Source: Harriotta raleighana (lineage: Eukaryota). From it: a stretch of 64,000 bases of DNA. Position numbers and translations under genes: made by a program. The notes under the pieces were generated by a model that was not told where the DNA came from, ran no database searches, and saw nothing but the letters and a program-made list of their open reading frames with translations. The stretch covers positions 4,981,036 through 5,045,035 of the forward strand of contig JBNZDD010013726.1 of NCBI GenBank assembly GCA_050575255.1. Direction: 5' to 3'. This document shows, in pieces, positions 40,901-55,900 of this stretch (the stretch's first letter is position 1; each line of letters opens with the position of its first letter).

Positions 40901-43900
40901 AACATTGAGAGGGCTTTGTGTCTTTATGTATCAGAGTGGGGAGTAAACTTGTAGAACATGAGCAAGGTGTGCTGAGGACATCTAGTGGCAGTTTCTGTCT
41001 TTTATCCCAAATTCTGCAACGATCACCATCAGAATGACTTAAACAAGTTAAATTTTCACCCCAAAAAAGTTGGTCTTTGTGTAAATGGGACATAAGGCAC
41101 AGGATGAAGAGACTTTTTTTTAAATGCAGGCAGATAGGAAGAGAAAGAATCACTAATAATACTACCATAAGGACATTTATAAGCCATTATTAATAATAAT
41201 AATCCCTTCATTTTATATAACACCTTATCACATCTTTGAGACATCTCAAAGTGCTTCACAGAATATACTGTAAAGTGAGTTAAACTTTTTTTGTGGGAGA
41301 AAATATATATTTAATATATGTTGCATTATATATTTTTAAAAGCCTTCTATTTGATATGGTGCCTTTCACATTAGGAAAGCGCTTCACAGAATATATTGTA
41401 TAGTGGAGTATTGTATAGAATAGTGACTGTGTGTTTTGTGGGTGAATGCAGCAACTCATTTGAGCACAGCAATGTCCCATAGATAGCTATGGAATGAAAA
41501 AGTCTTTAATATGGATAACTTTAGAGTGACATTAAACATTATAAAGTATCAGAATAGACTGGTCTTGAAGTTCCTCTTTGAAAATGCTTGAAATGGTAAC
41601 TTGGAGATGAATTGTTGATGCTCCTCACCCATGTATCTGTTTCACCTTTTGCACAATTAAACGGAAGGCAGCGAGGATCTGTATAACAACTCTGTAAATA
41701 TATATTAATTGGGTATTATTGAGGAATTGTTTTTATTCTAAAAAAAAGCATGGAATGAAAAAGTCTTACATTACATACACTGGAAATGCAAGAATGAATC
41801 TCACTATTATTCATCAGCAAAATTTTAATTTTAGGATTTGATTTCGGGAGACACCTGTGAGGGTTTTTTGTCTTTGTGTTTAACTTCTGTGTTGCTTCAG
41901 TTTGGTTCGTTAAAATTAACAAGGTGCAGGGAGGACATCTAGTGGTAGTTTATGGGAATAGTGTATCCACTTTCTTCTTTAAGCGAGACAACAACAACAA
42001 TAAAATTACACTTGTATAGTGCCTTTCACGTCGGGAGGATGTCCCAAAGCACTGAACAGTCAGGTCGGGACCCGAGCAGTGGGGGAGAGTCAGGGGTAGG
42101 GGGAGGGGGAAGGAGAGTAGGAGAGGAGGAAGAGTCAGGGGGGGAGCTGAAGGCGCGGTCGAAGAGGAAGGTCTTGAGACCGGCCTTGAAGGAGGAAAGG
42201 GAGGAAGCAAGGCGGAGGGACTGCGGGATGGAGTTCCAAAGTGTGGGGTCAGAGAGGCTGAAAGCCCGGCCACCGATGGTTGGGTGGTTAGGGCAGTGGA
42301 CGCGGATCAGGCCTGAGTCTGCTGAAGTGAGGATGCGGGCAGGCTGATAGGGAGATAGCAGGTCAGAGAGATAGGCGGGGGCAAGGCCGTGAGTGGCCTT
42401 GAAAGTGAGGACAAGGATCTTGAATTCGATCCTCAGTGGAGACGGGCGAGGGTGGAAGTGATATGGTCACGAAGCCTGGTGTGGGAGAGTTCACGAGCTG
42501 CAGAATTCTGAATGATCTGCAGCCTGTGAAGGGAGGAGTTGGGAAGGCCGACGAGGAAAGAGTTCCCGTAGTCAAGCCTAGAGATAATAGAGGAGTGAGA
42601 CCCACTGAAGTCAGAATGTTGAACCTTCACTGATGAGGTTTCTGTTTTAGCAAGTCCATGTACTTACTGAGATGTCTAAATTGTTTATTTAGAGGACTGG
42701 GAGGACAGCAGTGGGAAAATAAATGAAGGGATAAGTAAGGGAATTATATCTTTAGGATTAGAGAGATAAAGTCAATATTATCCTAACATGAAAGGATAGT
42801 TTAATAATAATGATCCTTGCATTTGACATTGCACTTTTCACGTCTTCTAGATGTTACAGAATACATTTCACAGAATACTATGAAATGAATTGACTGTATA
42901 TTTTGTGGGTGAAATGCGGCAGCCAATTGCACACAGCAGTGTCCCACAAACAGTCAGGAATTGAAATGACCCAATCTTTAGTAGTTTTTTTGAGAGATTA
43001 TTATTAGGCGTGTAGAGTAAGGATACTTGCCCAAGGTTCATCCTCCCTGGAATTGAACCCAGGTCTCTTGCTTGAAAGGTGAGGGCTCTAACCTCTGACC
43101 TACAGGACTCCACATGATGAGCAAAGGCCTAAGAAATGGGCTTTTAATTTCAAGCTTTGGAGCACTGGATTTTATTTGGGGGAAAAACTCTAAATAATAT
43201 GCCTGAGACATTTAAGAAAATGACTATTTTCTACGTATTGAATCTGTGTTGCAGAATGGTTTCACCCCACTTCATATAGCCTGCAAGAAGAACCGAATTA
43301 AAGTAATGGATCTTTTGTTGAAGCACGGGGCATCGATTCAGGCAGTTACTGAGGTACCATTTGTGTTTTGTACTTAAAAGAAATATCAAGAATAATAAGT
43401 TGCTGTATTTTGAAAAAAAATTAATTCCATGTTAGCCGGTGACGTGTATGTGACCCAATTTATTCTTTACAGTCGGGCCTTACACCTATTCATGTTGCTG
43501 CATTTATGGGACATGTGAATATTGTGACACAGTTAATGCAACATGGAGCATCACCAAATACAACAAATGTGGTAAGTGACCTTTCTTTGTTTATTTTGCT
43601 CTCTTTGTGAAAGCTAGAAGTCACAGGCACTCAGTATGAACCATCATCAGGCCCGGAGAGGTCATTAGCTGAATTTCTCTTGTTGTTGGATTTGGCAGCG
43701 AAAAGTTTGAGACATTTCAAAAGATTGCACATTCAGTCTCCACTTCTTCTTTTCTCTGTCCTGTGTTTAGAGAGGAGAGACGGCTTTGCACATGGCTGCC
43801 CGGGCAGGACAGGCAGATGTTGTGCGTCATTTGGTTCAGAATGGTGCTCAAGTGGAAGCAAAAGCCAAGGTACAAAAAAACACAAAAGGAGTCATATCAT

Positions 43901-46900
43901 CAAAAGTTAAACTGTGACACTTCAAAAAGCTATGGGCTGCTTTTCGAGCATATTTGTGGCAACACATCACGTATTTACCAACCTTGCCACAAAGCTTTAC
44001 ATGTCACTATTCAGTGATGTTGTGTGTTCCTTTTAAAAGTAGCATAGCCTAAACCCTGGGCTGGTAGGACCTAACATAGAGCTCTGTAGTGGGTTTGTCT
44101 GGGCCTGGGAGAACAGAACATTATTATTATTTAAATAAATGTGCTTATTATTAGTTGTGATGGAGAAGTATTCACAGAGGCTGTGATAGAAGCCTGCCTT
44201 ATTCAGTTATTAAAGGGGAAAATTATAATTTTATGGAAATTTCAAGCTAGCAGTGTATCAGGCTAGTGCTATCATTAGCTTGTAAACATTTAATTCAAAA
44301 AGCTGACCTCATCAGATGAATAGTAGCCTATATCGCTGATATGATTGAGTCATTTGGGATTTGTGTATTTCGTGGAAGTTATTTGGAATTGTATTCTGAT
44401 TTCCTTTCAAACATCCAGGATGACCAAACTCCTCTGCACATTGCTTCTCGCTTGGGAAAAGCTGATATTGTTCAGCTGTTACTGCAACATGGAGCCTCTC
44501 CAGATGCAGCCACAACTTCTGGTTATACACCACTGCATATTTCAGCTCGGGAAGGCCATGAAGATGTGGCCTCAATTCTACTGGAACAAGGGGCTTCGCT
44601 CTCCGTGAACACCAAGGTACAGTGCTCAGTAATGAGATTCATCTATAGGCCTTTATACACTGAATATCCAATTGAAATAGCTAGCTCAATGTTGTGCTTA
44701 ATTATTTTTTCTGTAAAAATACATCTAATAACGAATCTGCTTGCAAATGGTTGATATCACAAACAAATTACACCATGGCTTATTTTTGCTTCATTAGGGT
44801 TTAGTGTAAGAACTATCTACAGTATTATACTTGCAGTATGAGATGAGCACTTGCCATGTAACTACTTAGTCTAATGATATGTATCAATTAATGAGACATA
44901 TTTGACATTTTCTTCCTTCATTACAGAAAGGGTTCACCCCACTACATGTAGCTGCAAAGTATGGGAAGATAGAGGTGGCTAACCTTTTGCTTCAGAAAAA
45001 TGCAACTCCTAATGCCTCTGGAAAGGTAATATTTGAACCATATGGTCATACTTTTTAATACAGTTCTACTAAATGGATGGATAAGAATTTATTGATGTCT
45101 TATTGAATAAAAATATGCCGTGTGATTTGAATCATGCAGATGAATTCCTGAAATTTACAAAGTCTTGGCTTTAAGGCTGTTTATTGTCTTGATATTTAAG
45201 ATTGAGCCAGAATTGGATCAAATCCTTTAATCTTCATTTAGAAACATCATTTTCTTGCAGGTACTCAATTTCAATATTTGGACAAAATTTATGACATTTC
45301 CAAAATTCTGCACAGTATAAAATTTTATGGCAATAGTCTTAGGGTTAAGATATAGATAAATTTTATGCCTGGTTCCTGGTATTCAGTGAATTTGAAAATC
45401 TCAATGGGTATAGCATTGGGACTGTTTCAATTATGTTATGCCTTGCACTAGATTAGGTAAAGTCAGCCTCAGCTGTTATGATTCTCTCTTGGTGAAATGG
45501 TTCACTGTCCACCCGAATCTCCTTTAAATCTGCAATGTTTCATAAAATATAGATTATGGGGGAGTTGGAGAGAAACTATGCGTGATTGTTAGGGTGGAAT
45601 GGTAATCCTATCAAAAATCCTCAGGGTAGAATGAGTAACAGAGCAACTGTTATAATAATAATAATAATCCTTGCATTTGATACAGCACATCATTAAGTCG
45701 TTAAGATATTCTTATTATTGCCATCGAAAATCTGGTGACTTGACTTGCCTTTTAACGGGTTTCAAATCTTTCAGGATAAAAATAATTGAGCTAACCCTGG
45801 TGGGGGAGGGCAGGGTAGTAATTGAGTATTTTTCTGAACGTTTCTAAATTCATTTACTTATTTGACAAGCAAATGCCTTTCTCCTGCAGAGTGGCCTCAC
45901 TCCACTGCACGTTGCTGCACACTATGACAACCAAAAAGTAGCCCTGCTGCTGTTAGATCAAGGAGCTTCTTCTCATGCGGCTGCAAAGGTACAGTATACA
46001 GACGAGGAGCAGATGAGAGCCAGCAACATATGTGGACCATAATCACTGGAGTAACTGCTGTGAGGTCTTTACACTGAGAAACCAGCAGCTTTTTTAAAAA
46101 AAAAGTCGGCTCGTGTGTATGTCAAGGATATACCATTGGGAGCAATCCTGGTAATGCATGACACACAATTTGAGGGGAAATGTCCACGATGGACTCTGTT
46201 CAAACAGAGCAAATGCATTTTTACCGATTTTTAAAGCTTCCGGCTCTGTACATTAAAAATGTCGTTATTTTTGAGATGTGCACGGGAAGAGTTTTTGAAA
46301 ACGTGTTATCTTATGTATGTCATGTCATGTGATCGTGTGTATGTCATGACATGTGCATCCGATTTCTAGGATGGACATTGGTCTTTTTCGTCTAGCAATT
46401 CCTGTGTTCTTATCTTCTTATGTCACACATTATATCCACAATTACAATCGTCAGCAATTATTGATTGATTTACTGGTTGAATGCACCATTCAAAAAATCT
46501 TTCGGGACTGGTGAAACATTGAAGAGAAAAATAAACCTATAACTAGTTTTATAATTTAATCCAACACAACAACAAAATTACATTTATAGAGCGCCTTTCA
46601 CATTGGGAGGACGTCCCAAGGCACTGTTCATGCACTGTTGTGAAATGAATGCAATGTCATTCCATTAATATCCTTACTTCTAGTATTCTGAAACCCTAGA
46701 ATATCTTTTTTGTAGATGCTATAATTAAACCATGTGTATTTCTTTAAAATTCTTGGTGGAAAATCAGTGCTTGGAGAATTTTAATGATTCTGCTGATTCA
46801 AACGTTATTGGCAGTGGCCATCTTCAAAGACCAGTGCATGTTCACTTTGAAATACGTGTACCCAAAACCGATCAGTAGATGGTCCATTCGATTTCAGAGC

Positions 46901-49900
46901 AGTCCCATGTGTGTGGTCATCTTCAGTCATCCCAATTCCTATACATTAACCTCACAGTTTCAAAAGACCCATTGGTTGCAATTTGGATCGATGCCAATAA
47001 ATTGTAGTTAAACTTAAACCAATACCTTACTGTGTGGATTTTATTCCTGGCTTGTGTGCCTCTTTTTTTTATTAACTCATTCCCTATTTCTGTCCTATGG
47101 CGTTTCTATCTGTTACACAAGCAACGTGGGAGATTTTGTTACCCAAACTCTTTGGTAGAGAAAGCACTTTACCATCAGATAGGATCAAACAAGAGACAGA
47201 CGTCTGGGGCAGGAGCTACAGAATTGAATTTCCAGAAGCAAATCTGTTTATGTGGAAATTATCTTGAACATTGAACAGAATACTGTACATAAGCAGACTG
47301 GATTGCATTTTGCATCAAAAGTATCTTAATTAATAGCTAATGGAGTATTTAACAAATCAGAATCCTTTCAAACTAAAATATCAACTATTCCATCTCTGGG
47401 AATGAAATCTCTGTGTTTCTCGAGCAGTAAACCAAATCATTTCCATGTACCGTACTTGGAAATAATTTAGGCTGAGCAAAATAAGCTTCTAATTGTTAAA
47501 ATGCATAATGTTAATAAGAATATCATTATTTATCTTTTATGAATTGTATGGTTTGTTTACTGCTTTTTAGCAGTTTGTGCTGATTTTCAACAATAGAGGG
47601 ATATATTGCATATAATCGATAAGATGTGGAAAGCGCTATATAAATTAAAGTATTATTATTATAAAGTATTATTATTATAATCTACCCAGCACCATTAAAT
47701 TACTTGTCATTTTATTATCTTACTAAAAAATACCAATAGTCTGACACATGGTATTATTTATTGGGATTGACACCATTATCCATTAATGGTGAAGTTCCTC
47801 TATGAGCACATCTGAATGGGTTCAATGATGACATTGTGCTTATTGTGACATTTGTATGACTATGGTTTCCATACCAAGAGGTTTAGTGGGCAATATAGTT
47901 GTCCAGAGTGGTATGAAGATTTTAACTGCAGAATGAAAGATGGAAGGATAAAGGGAAGGAGGAAAGGTTTTGTTAAGTAAAATTTGTCAATTAATTGTTT
48001 TAAAAAAAACATGGAAAATCCATAATTCATGTTTAATGAAATGCCTGGGGATGCTATGTTTAAAAACAGTATTATAGACCCAGGCATTGGAATCCGTAAT
48101 CCCTAAGGCACTGGAAATAAACCACAGCCGAGAGAGGTCACGGTGACAGTACCCTTCACAACAATAGACAGAGCAGGATTTCTGACTAAATTACACCCAA
48201 CATCCTTTTAAGCAACCCAAAGATGCCTAGAGCTGGTTATTCACACAGAAGGTGATGTAGGTGGGTGCCTGCGTTGTGATTTGAATATCTGATGGGAGCG
48301 TCTATTGTGACTTGAACATTTTTCCTGCATTAGTGTCACACTGCCATAATGGCCAAATATAGATTTGCTTTTGAATATGGTATTACAGTTATTGCAGCTA
48401 ATTAACATCAGGTGGAGCTTCACTTCGTTGTTCTGACTGCAGCTCTTAAATCCTTTCTGGCTCTGTCTAGTTTTTTCTGTCTTGAATTGTCCCGTCTATA
48501 TGTGCTTGGTTCCCGCTTGTAATCTGCGAACTAAGACTTTACTAATTCTCCTCATCTTCTAACTTAGACACTCACTTGCCTCGACGAGTCTCATTCACCA
48601 CAAACAATTTTTGTACGTTTGAACAAAACGTGTTGAGTTGTTTGAAAGGCAGTGCAGTATTACTCCCGTAATCTGCTCACCATCTCAGTGTTTATCATCT
48701 GCCACATCTGTCTGGATAGATGACTGCAAAGAACATTGAATAAATTGGTACTTACCACAACCACCACCATCTATACCCACCCATCAACACGCACACAGAC
48801 AAGTGCAAACGTGCAATTACTCCATATCCACTACAGGTCTGAGAATTCTTAGTGAAAGCTTTCTTGAATTCTGGCCCATTGGAAGTTTGGGGCTCTTTCA
48901 AATGTTCTCATTAGTTTGCAGCAGACTGAAGTTCGGTGACAGGTTGAAGAATGACTGTCAGGATTTTATGTGTTGCGTGTGAGTGTGTCCAGGGTAATCA
49001 AGGGCTATAACCCAGCATCGGCTGCAATATGAGGAGAGGGAGTAATAATATAGAATTTACTAGTGTGAAATGTCCATCAAATCAAAACACGAGTCACCAC
49101 CATGTATATGTTGAATATCTAGTACACAAATGAGAAAAATCTTGCATAGCATTGGTGCAGTTTAACAGTAAAGGCATGGGTTCGTCAATTTTTCAAGTGA
49201 ACAGGATTCTTCTGAGTTTCGTATGTTCCCTTAATTAAAATTACTGGTCAGCATGTTTTTTTTTTCTGTCATTCTTCCAGAATGGTTATACCCCCCTGCA
49301 CATAGCTGCCAAGAAGAATCAGATGGACATAGCAACAACCCTGTTGGAATATGGTGCTGACACCAACACAGTTACCAGGCAAGGGATAACACCAGTACAT
49401 CTTGCAGCCCAGGAAGGTCACGTCGATATGGTTTCTTTGCTTCTTGCTCGAAATGCAAACGTAAACCTTGGGAACAAGGTAGGTTTCTGTGCCCGTCCAC
49501 TTTCCAGTCAGCTTTTATTGTGTGTATGGTTGTGTGTTTCTCCTGCTTGCGCGATTTCATGTGACTACTAATCGATAAGCGGTGTTTGTTTGACTCAGTG
49601 GAAGCACTCCTGTACTTGGACCTCAAATAGTCCAGATTATTATTTGCAATGCAGTGCTGGGGGTGTGTTGCGTTGTTGAAGAGGCCGTTGTTCGAATGAG
49701 ACTTCAAACCGAGGTCCGGTCTGCCTCTTCGGGTGGATGTTAAAGATCCCTTGATGCTGTTGGAAAAGAGAAGGGAGGTTCCTGGCCAACAAACCCCCAC
49801 AAATAAAAAATTGTCGTTTGTTTCTTGGCAGATTTGCCTACAAATACACAGTCACTCCATTTCACAGTAAATCCTGTGAAGTACTGTGAGACATCCTTCT

Positions 49901-52900
49901 GGTGCGATATGTTGTAGTACCAAATGCAAGGATGATTACTATTACTATAACTCCTGAGCATTCTCTGAATGCTCCAAAAAATTTTGGCTGCACCATCCAT
50001 AATTTCTGTATTTCTGCAAGAATCACATTTTCCTGACCTTGTGATCATTTTATTTGAACTGTGCAACTGCGAACAATGGAAAGGCAGGAGATACTGAGGA
50101 GTTGGACCACCAGACGAGAGCGAAAGACTCCACACAGAGGGAGAACACGCTCTAGCATGCATTTGAATGGTTGCCTCCAAAGTAAGAGTGGAGCAGGCCA
50201 TCTTTCATGATGTTCGTCTCACCGTCCCTGGCCCAGGGACACGAGCAAAGACAATCATAGGGTACATAACAACTTAAACAAACCACAGATGGTCCAAACC
50301 CTCAGCTCAGTGACATCCTTGGCTAAGTGCCATCAAAAACGACAATGAAATACAAGCCTGAGGCAGACTTTACAATAACGTAGTTTCTGGAGTTTGATCA
50401 GTTTGATCTTCACAGGCGAGGCAGCTACTCCTGATGGCAATGATTTTTCAGGCACAACCAATTCCAACATTGATGACTTTGATCTGAAGGGAACCAGCAC
50501 AACTACATTTTCACCAATTTAAGCTGATCATTCTCTACGTGCACAAAGCTGTTATTCTGCCGACTGTAAATGAAAACAGATATCCTGGCCTACCATTAAA
50601 TATTAATCAGAACGGAGGCGTATTAACGTATTTACTGCTGCACGCATTTTCCTCACAATCTGTTCCGTCTCGTGTCTGCCACTGCCATTAGTTGTTAAAA
50701 CTGACAGTGTCTAAAAGTCGGATATTTCCAGAAATGTCAACGCAATGTCACTGTGATTCACAGAGTGGTCTGACGCCCCTCCATCTGGCTGCCCAGGAGG
50801 ATCGAGTGAATGTTGCAGAGGTGCTGGCCAATCAGGGCGCTGTCATCGATCCACAAACAAAGGTAGAGACGTTTAAGTGTTTACTTTACCCCATTGTGTC
50901 CAAAGGCCTAGAAACAGTGGAACACCCACGTTCAGCCACTGCAAATCTGTACTTCTGCTCCCATGACTCTAGGGTTCCAATGTTTTAAAGGGTGGGGGGT
51001 GGCGGGGGGGGGTCCAAAACCTTGAATGACACTGATGTATGGAATGGGTTTTGTGCTATTTCAAATTATTTAGTTTTAAAATGGGTGACTAAGAGGGATG
51101 AAAAATTAAAAAGGTCTTGAAATACCAAATAATATTATGATGCATATATATATATGTGTGTGTAGAACTGTAAGTTGGTATTGTTTTTATTGTAATCTTG
51201 TACAAGATTGTATTCCTTGGGTTACCAGCCTCACTGTATAACATGATATTTGTAATCATTGGTAAATCCACTCCATATTCCCTCTTTTTGTTAATGAGGA
51301 TCGGTTGAATCATTCATTTTGTGTGCGTTTTGGTCTTAGGTTGGTTACACACCATTGCATGTCGCCTGCCACTATGGAAACGTGAAGATGGTGAACTTTC
51401 TCCTACAGCATAATGCGAATGTCAATTCAAAGACAAAGGTTCGTTTCATTTCAGCCTGTACTGATTCGATCTATTATTACAACTCGTGCTCAGTCATATA
51501 AATATCCTTACTAATGCACTGTATTCCTCCACAATAGAATGGATACACACCTCTGCATCAGGCTGCCCAACAGGGACATACACACATCATTAATATCCTC
51601 CTTCAGCATGGTGCCTCTCCAGATGAAGTCACTGTGGTAAGATAGAACGACATGAAAAGCGCTATATCAAATGCAAAGATTATTACCACACATTGGTTTC
51701 TAAATGTTCAGGGTTGTAAATTGATTTATTTATCCTCAGTTGGTTTATATACATCCTAATGAGTCAGCAGTCTACTCGGTGAATCGTCAGACACCTTGAA
51801 CAGATGATCGTTGAGTTATGGCCAAGAATGACCTCCCACAACACAGCCTAGTTGCTTCTCCACGCCCTTGAGTAACAAAGAGTAGAGTAATTATAATCTG
51901 AATAAAGAATAGGTTGATTGATTTTGGCCCATTGCCAGATTATGCCCTATATCTATCACAATGACGTAAATTTCAGTGAAAACTGAACAGTGCAATAGCA
52001 AGTCTGTGAATAACAAAGCCATGGTTGTTGCAGTAGACACATAGTAAGTGTCTGGCTCCTCCACCAAAGCAATATATTCTCATCCATAGTCTTTTCAATC
52101 CCTGGTGATATTGTTAAACACACATTATACACCTGGAAATTGTAATGTAATGCAGATATACTGTACACTATCCCTTCACACTGTAATTAAAGCCACTCAA
52201 TGTCTTAGCTCCGTTTGCTACAATGAGGTCTGTTCTTCTTTCATCAGAATCTCACAAGCAATGCTTACAGTCATGTCCATCTATTAGAGGTTCCAAACAT
52301 CTAAGTTCTATCCACTTAATTTCTCAAACCAAAGAGAGAATTTCCTTTAAAATACATTCATTTGCTTGGGCAAAATCATTATGATACAGTTTACTTATGC
52401 GGCAACCAAGTCTGTGTTTTGTAAAGATCAGTGAAGATATGGGAATGATTACCCAATACTTTTGTGTTTTATTCCAATGTTGAACAGATTCAGTAGAAAC
52501 AAAACTGACAAACGATTCTCTCTCCAGCTTCAATTAGTTTAATTAGCCCAAAACTGCAAGTATGATTGTAAATGTTACATCAGGTCAGAGTACAAAGGGT
52601 GCACTGAGCAGTGCTAAAGCCAGAATAAGTCTTAAATATTTTGGAACATTCCAGTAATCCCCATGCTCCCCCCCTCCCAGGCATGCATAACTGAAGTTAA
52701 TTGCCTTTTGTATTGCTGCATAGAAAGACAGTGTTGACGTGCAGGAGAGAACAATTATAAGCCTGGCAGGAACTTTCAAAACATTATTGCTGTTTTTCCG
52801 AACTGTAACAACAGTCATTTTTTCGGACATCATTATAGTTTGCCACACTCATTCCTTTCTATTACAATACGAGCTAGGAATTGAATTTGTCTCTAGTTTG

Positions 52901-55900
52901 TTGTAGACTCCCATGTTTGTTTCTTTTTAGAATGGAAACACTGCCTTGGCCATTGCTAGGCGCCTGGGTTATATCTCGGTTGTCGATACGTTGAAGGTGG
53001 TCACAGAGGAAACTTTAACTTCTGTAATGGTAAGTTCTGATTGGATTCTATCTACATGTGTTATGGTATTGCAAGCAAATTGCATTCAGTTTATCTATGC
53101 CTTTGAAGCATAGTAAAGAATATATGTTAGATTTACTAAAATATTGTAAATGGCTTTTCGTTGATCCTCTGTGACTCCCAGACAGTTTTTAATAGTCTTT
53201 TATTTTTTTATGCAGTCTGTGACAGAAAAGCATAAGCTGAATGTTCCTGAAACTATGAATGAATTTCTGGATGTATCTGATGATGAAGGTAATGGATATT
53301 TCACTGAAATATGCTGAATAAAACTAACCTACCTGACATCTTGTCTGTGTTTTTATACACAAGTAAAGGATTGTGGATTTTAAGCAAAGTCTTAGGCTTG
53401 GATTTCTCTTGCAAAACACACTGTAATAATGTATAGAAGTTCAAGGCAAGATTTTCTTTCCATTCTGCATGCTTACGTCCCATCTGCTCTTATTTCTCAA
53501 TGAAATGTGACCCATCATCTCTCTTTCAAACTACCGGCAGTCCTCAAGTTACGTCAGGGTTAGGTTCCTAAGATGTGGTGTAAATCAAATTTGTATGTAA
53601 GTCGAGTCACCCCCCCCTATAATGCTTACAGTAACATACAGTGATTGGTTGTAGTGTCGTAACTTCGAGACTTTGGATGTAACTCAGACGTAATCTTACC
53701 GACATTAAGCGTCGCAACTTTGAATTGTCGTACCTCGGAACGTCGTAACTTGAGGACTGCCTGTATATAATTCTCATTCTCGCCCTTCTTTTCACTGCAT
53801 TCCTTAATCTTTACCTCCATTTCACTGCATGCCACAGTCTTTCCTGCTCTTTTCCAATATTCTTCCAGGCACATCTCTCCTGTCCTCTGCATTTCTTAGA
53901 TCCTTTATCTCTCTGTGAGTAACCTCCTTTACATATGCATCTGCCTCAAAAATTCACAACTGCAAACTTAAACCATAACTCCACCTCCACTTTTGTTTTC
54001 TCCAGCAATTTGTTTTAAGTAAGCATTTAAGATTGAAAGAAATGTTGATACATTACAGGTTTTGATCTTCCCAAGCACTCTCATTTTTTCTCTTCTGTAT
54101 TAGTGAAGCATTGCAATGGTTTTGCTAATAAGTCATGATCTTTATTCAAATCATACAGTTCGTAGAGCCAATGTTCCTGAAATTGTCAGTGAAGCCGAAT
54201 ATTTTTCAGATGGTGAAGAAGGTATTTTATCTTTATTGATGTAATGGTTTAACAACATAATGAATTGGGGTTTTTGAATTGGAAATGTTACTAATATTAC
54301 TGACACAACCTTCTACTTGGCTGTCTACATTTTGCTTGCTGTGGCTGAAATGTGTTGTTCGATGCTGCATAAGCCTTTAACTTGGATGGTGAGCTTACGC
54401 TCCTTGCGAATTGCTTGGTTTTTGACTCTAATTATATGGAGGCGATTTGCAATGTTAGTAAAGCTTTATATTCACCCAAACAATCCTACTTTTATTTGTT
54501 CCATGGCGCATTGTATAAAACAGTAAACCCGGTAAAAATGTGCTCTTCCTACAGTGGTAATGGGGGAAGTCATTAAGGATCTCATTCCAAATAAATCGCA
54601 ATACTCTTGCTCCCTTTGAAAATGTATTGTATACAGTTCATATCAATTACTTGCTTCTTCCTACCTATTTACATCATCATCAAAGCTTAACAACAACAAG
54701 ATTACATTTATAGAGCGCGTTTCACGTCGGGAGGACGTCCCAAGGCGCTGGACAGTTGGTTTCGGACTTAAATGCGGAGGTTAGAGTATTCAGTCCTGAT
54801 TCCTTTAGCTCAGTGATTAGAACACCAGCCTTACAAGCAAGAGACCTGGGTTCGATTCCAAGCAAGGCAAAACCTTGGGCAAGTTACTCCATCTGATAAT
54901 GATCCCTCAAGAAAAAAAATAGGTAATTTCAATCCACAATTGTTTGTGGTACACAGCTGTGTGCAATTGGCTGCCATGTTTCTCCCACAAATATAGTCAA
55001 TTCACTTTACAGTACATTTTATTAAGGGCTTTGAGACATCTAGAAGACATGAAAAGTGAAATATCAAATGCAAGAATTATTATTATAGATCAAATTACAG
55101 TATTATGAAGATTGGAAATTATAGGATTATAGTTCTTTTGACGTTCGTTTAGATATTTATGAGAATAATATATTGCAATAAGTCTCAGAAACCTCACGAA
55201 TCACTAATTCATTTGTATCTTAGACCAATTGGCTAAATATTAATTTAAAAATTGCAACTGAGAAGTTTAACCAGTGGAAGTTTAACTTAAATGTATTCAT
55301 GATCTTGTTTAAGGCATTGCATAGAGATTGTCCCTTTGCTGCAACAACAACTTGGATTTATATAGCGCCCTCCACCCCTGGACGGCGTCTCAGAGCGTTT
55401 CCCAATAACGGATCCCGGGCCCGAGCCAAGGGGAGGGGGAAGAAGGTGACCGAAAACGTGGTCGAAAAGAAAGGTCTTTAGCCCCGACTTGAAAGTAGGA
55501 AGAGAGGGGGTGAGGCTAAGGGATTGAGTTCCAGAGCCTCGGGAGGTAGTGGCTGAGGGCAAGGAAGCCGATGGGTGTGACATGAGAGAAGGAAGTATAA
55601 TTAGGTTTTGAGAGACTATAAATGATAGAAAACAATAATGAGAACTCAGAAAAGTGTTGGTAAGACTACACAGAGAGTATTTCCCAGCTTTGGCGATCAT
55701 ACTTGAGGTTGGGGGTGGGTGGGGGGGTAACAGTAATATTGAATAAGACTGAAAACTATCCAAGGGAGCTAAGTCTGTCCTTTTGAAACCCAGGTGTTCA
55801 AAGCGGTATCAACAGGGAAATGTGAAACAATCTGTGCCAACTCCCATCGCTTCCAGATTTTTGTTTAAATTGATGGAAAGCTTTAGCGGTGTTCGCAGAC

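Noticed and set aside
51439-51537. Intron of exactly 99 nt between two 99-nt ANK exons; could be a retained or decayed repeat
   Set aside because: In-frame translation ([20 protein letters not shown]) hits a stop and has no ANK motif; probably coincidence.
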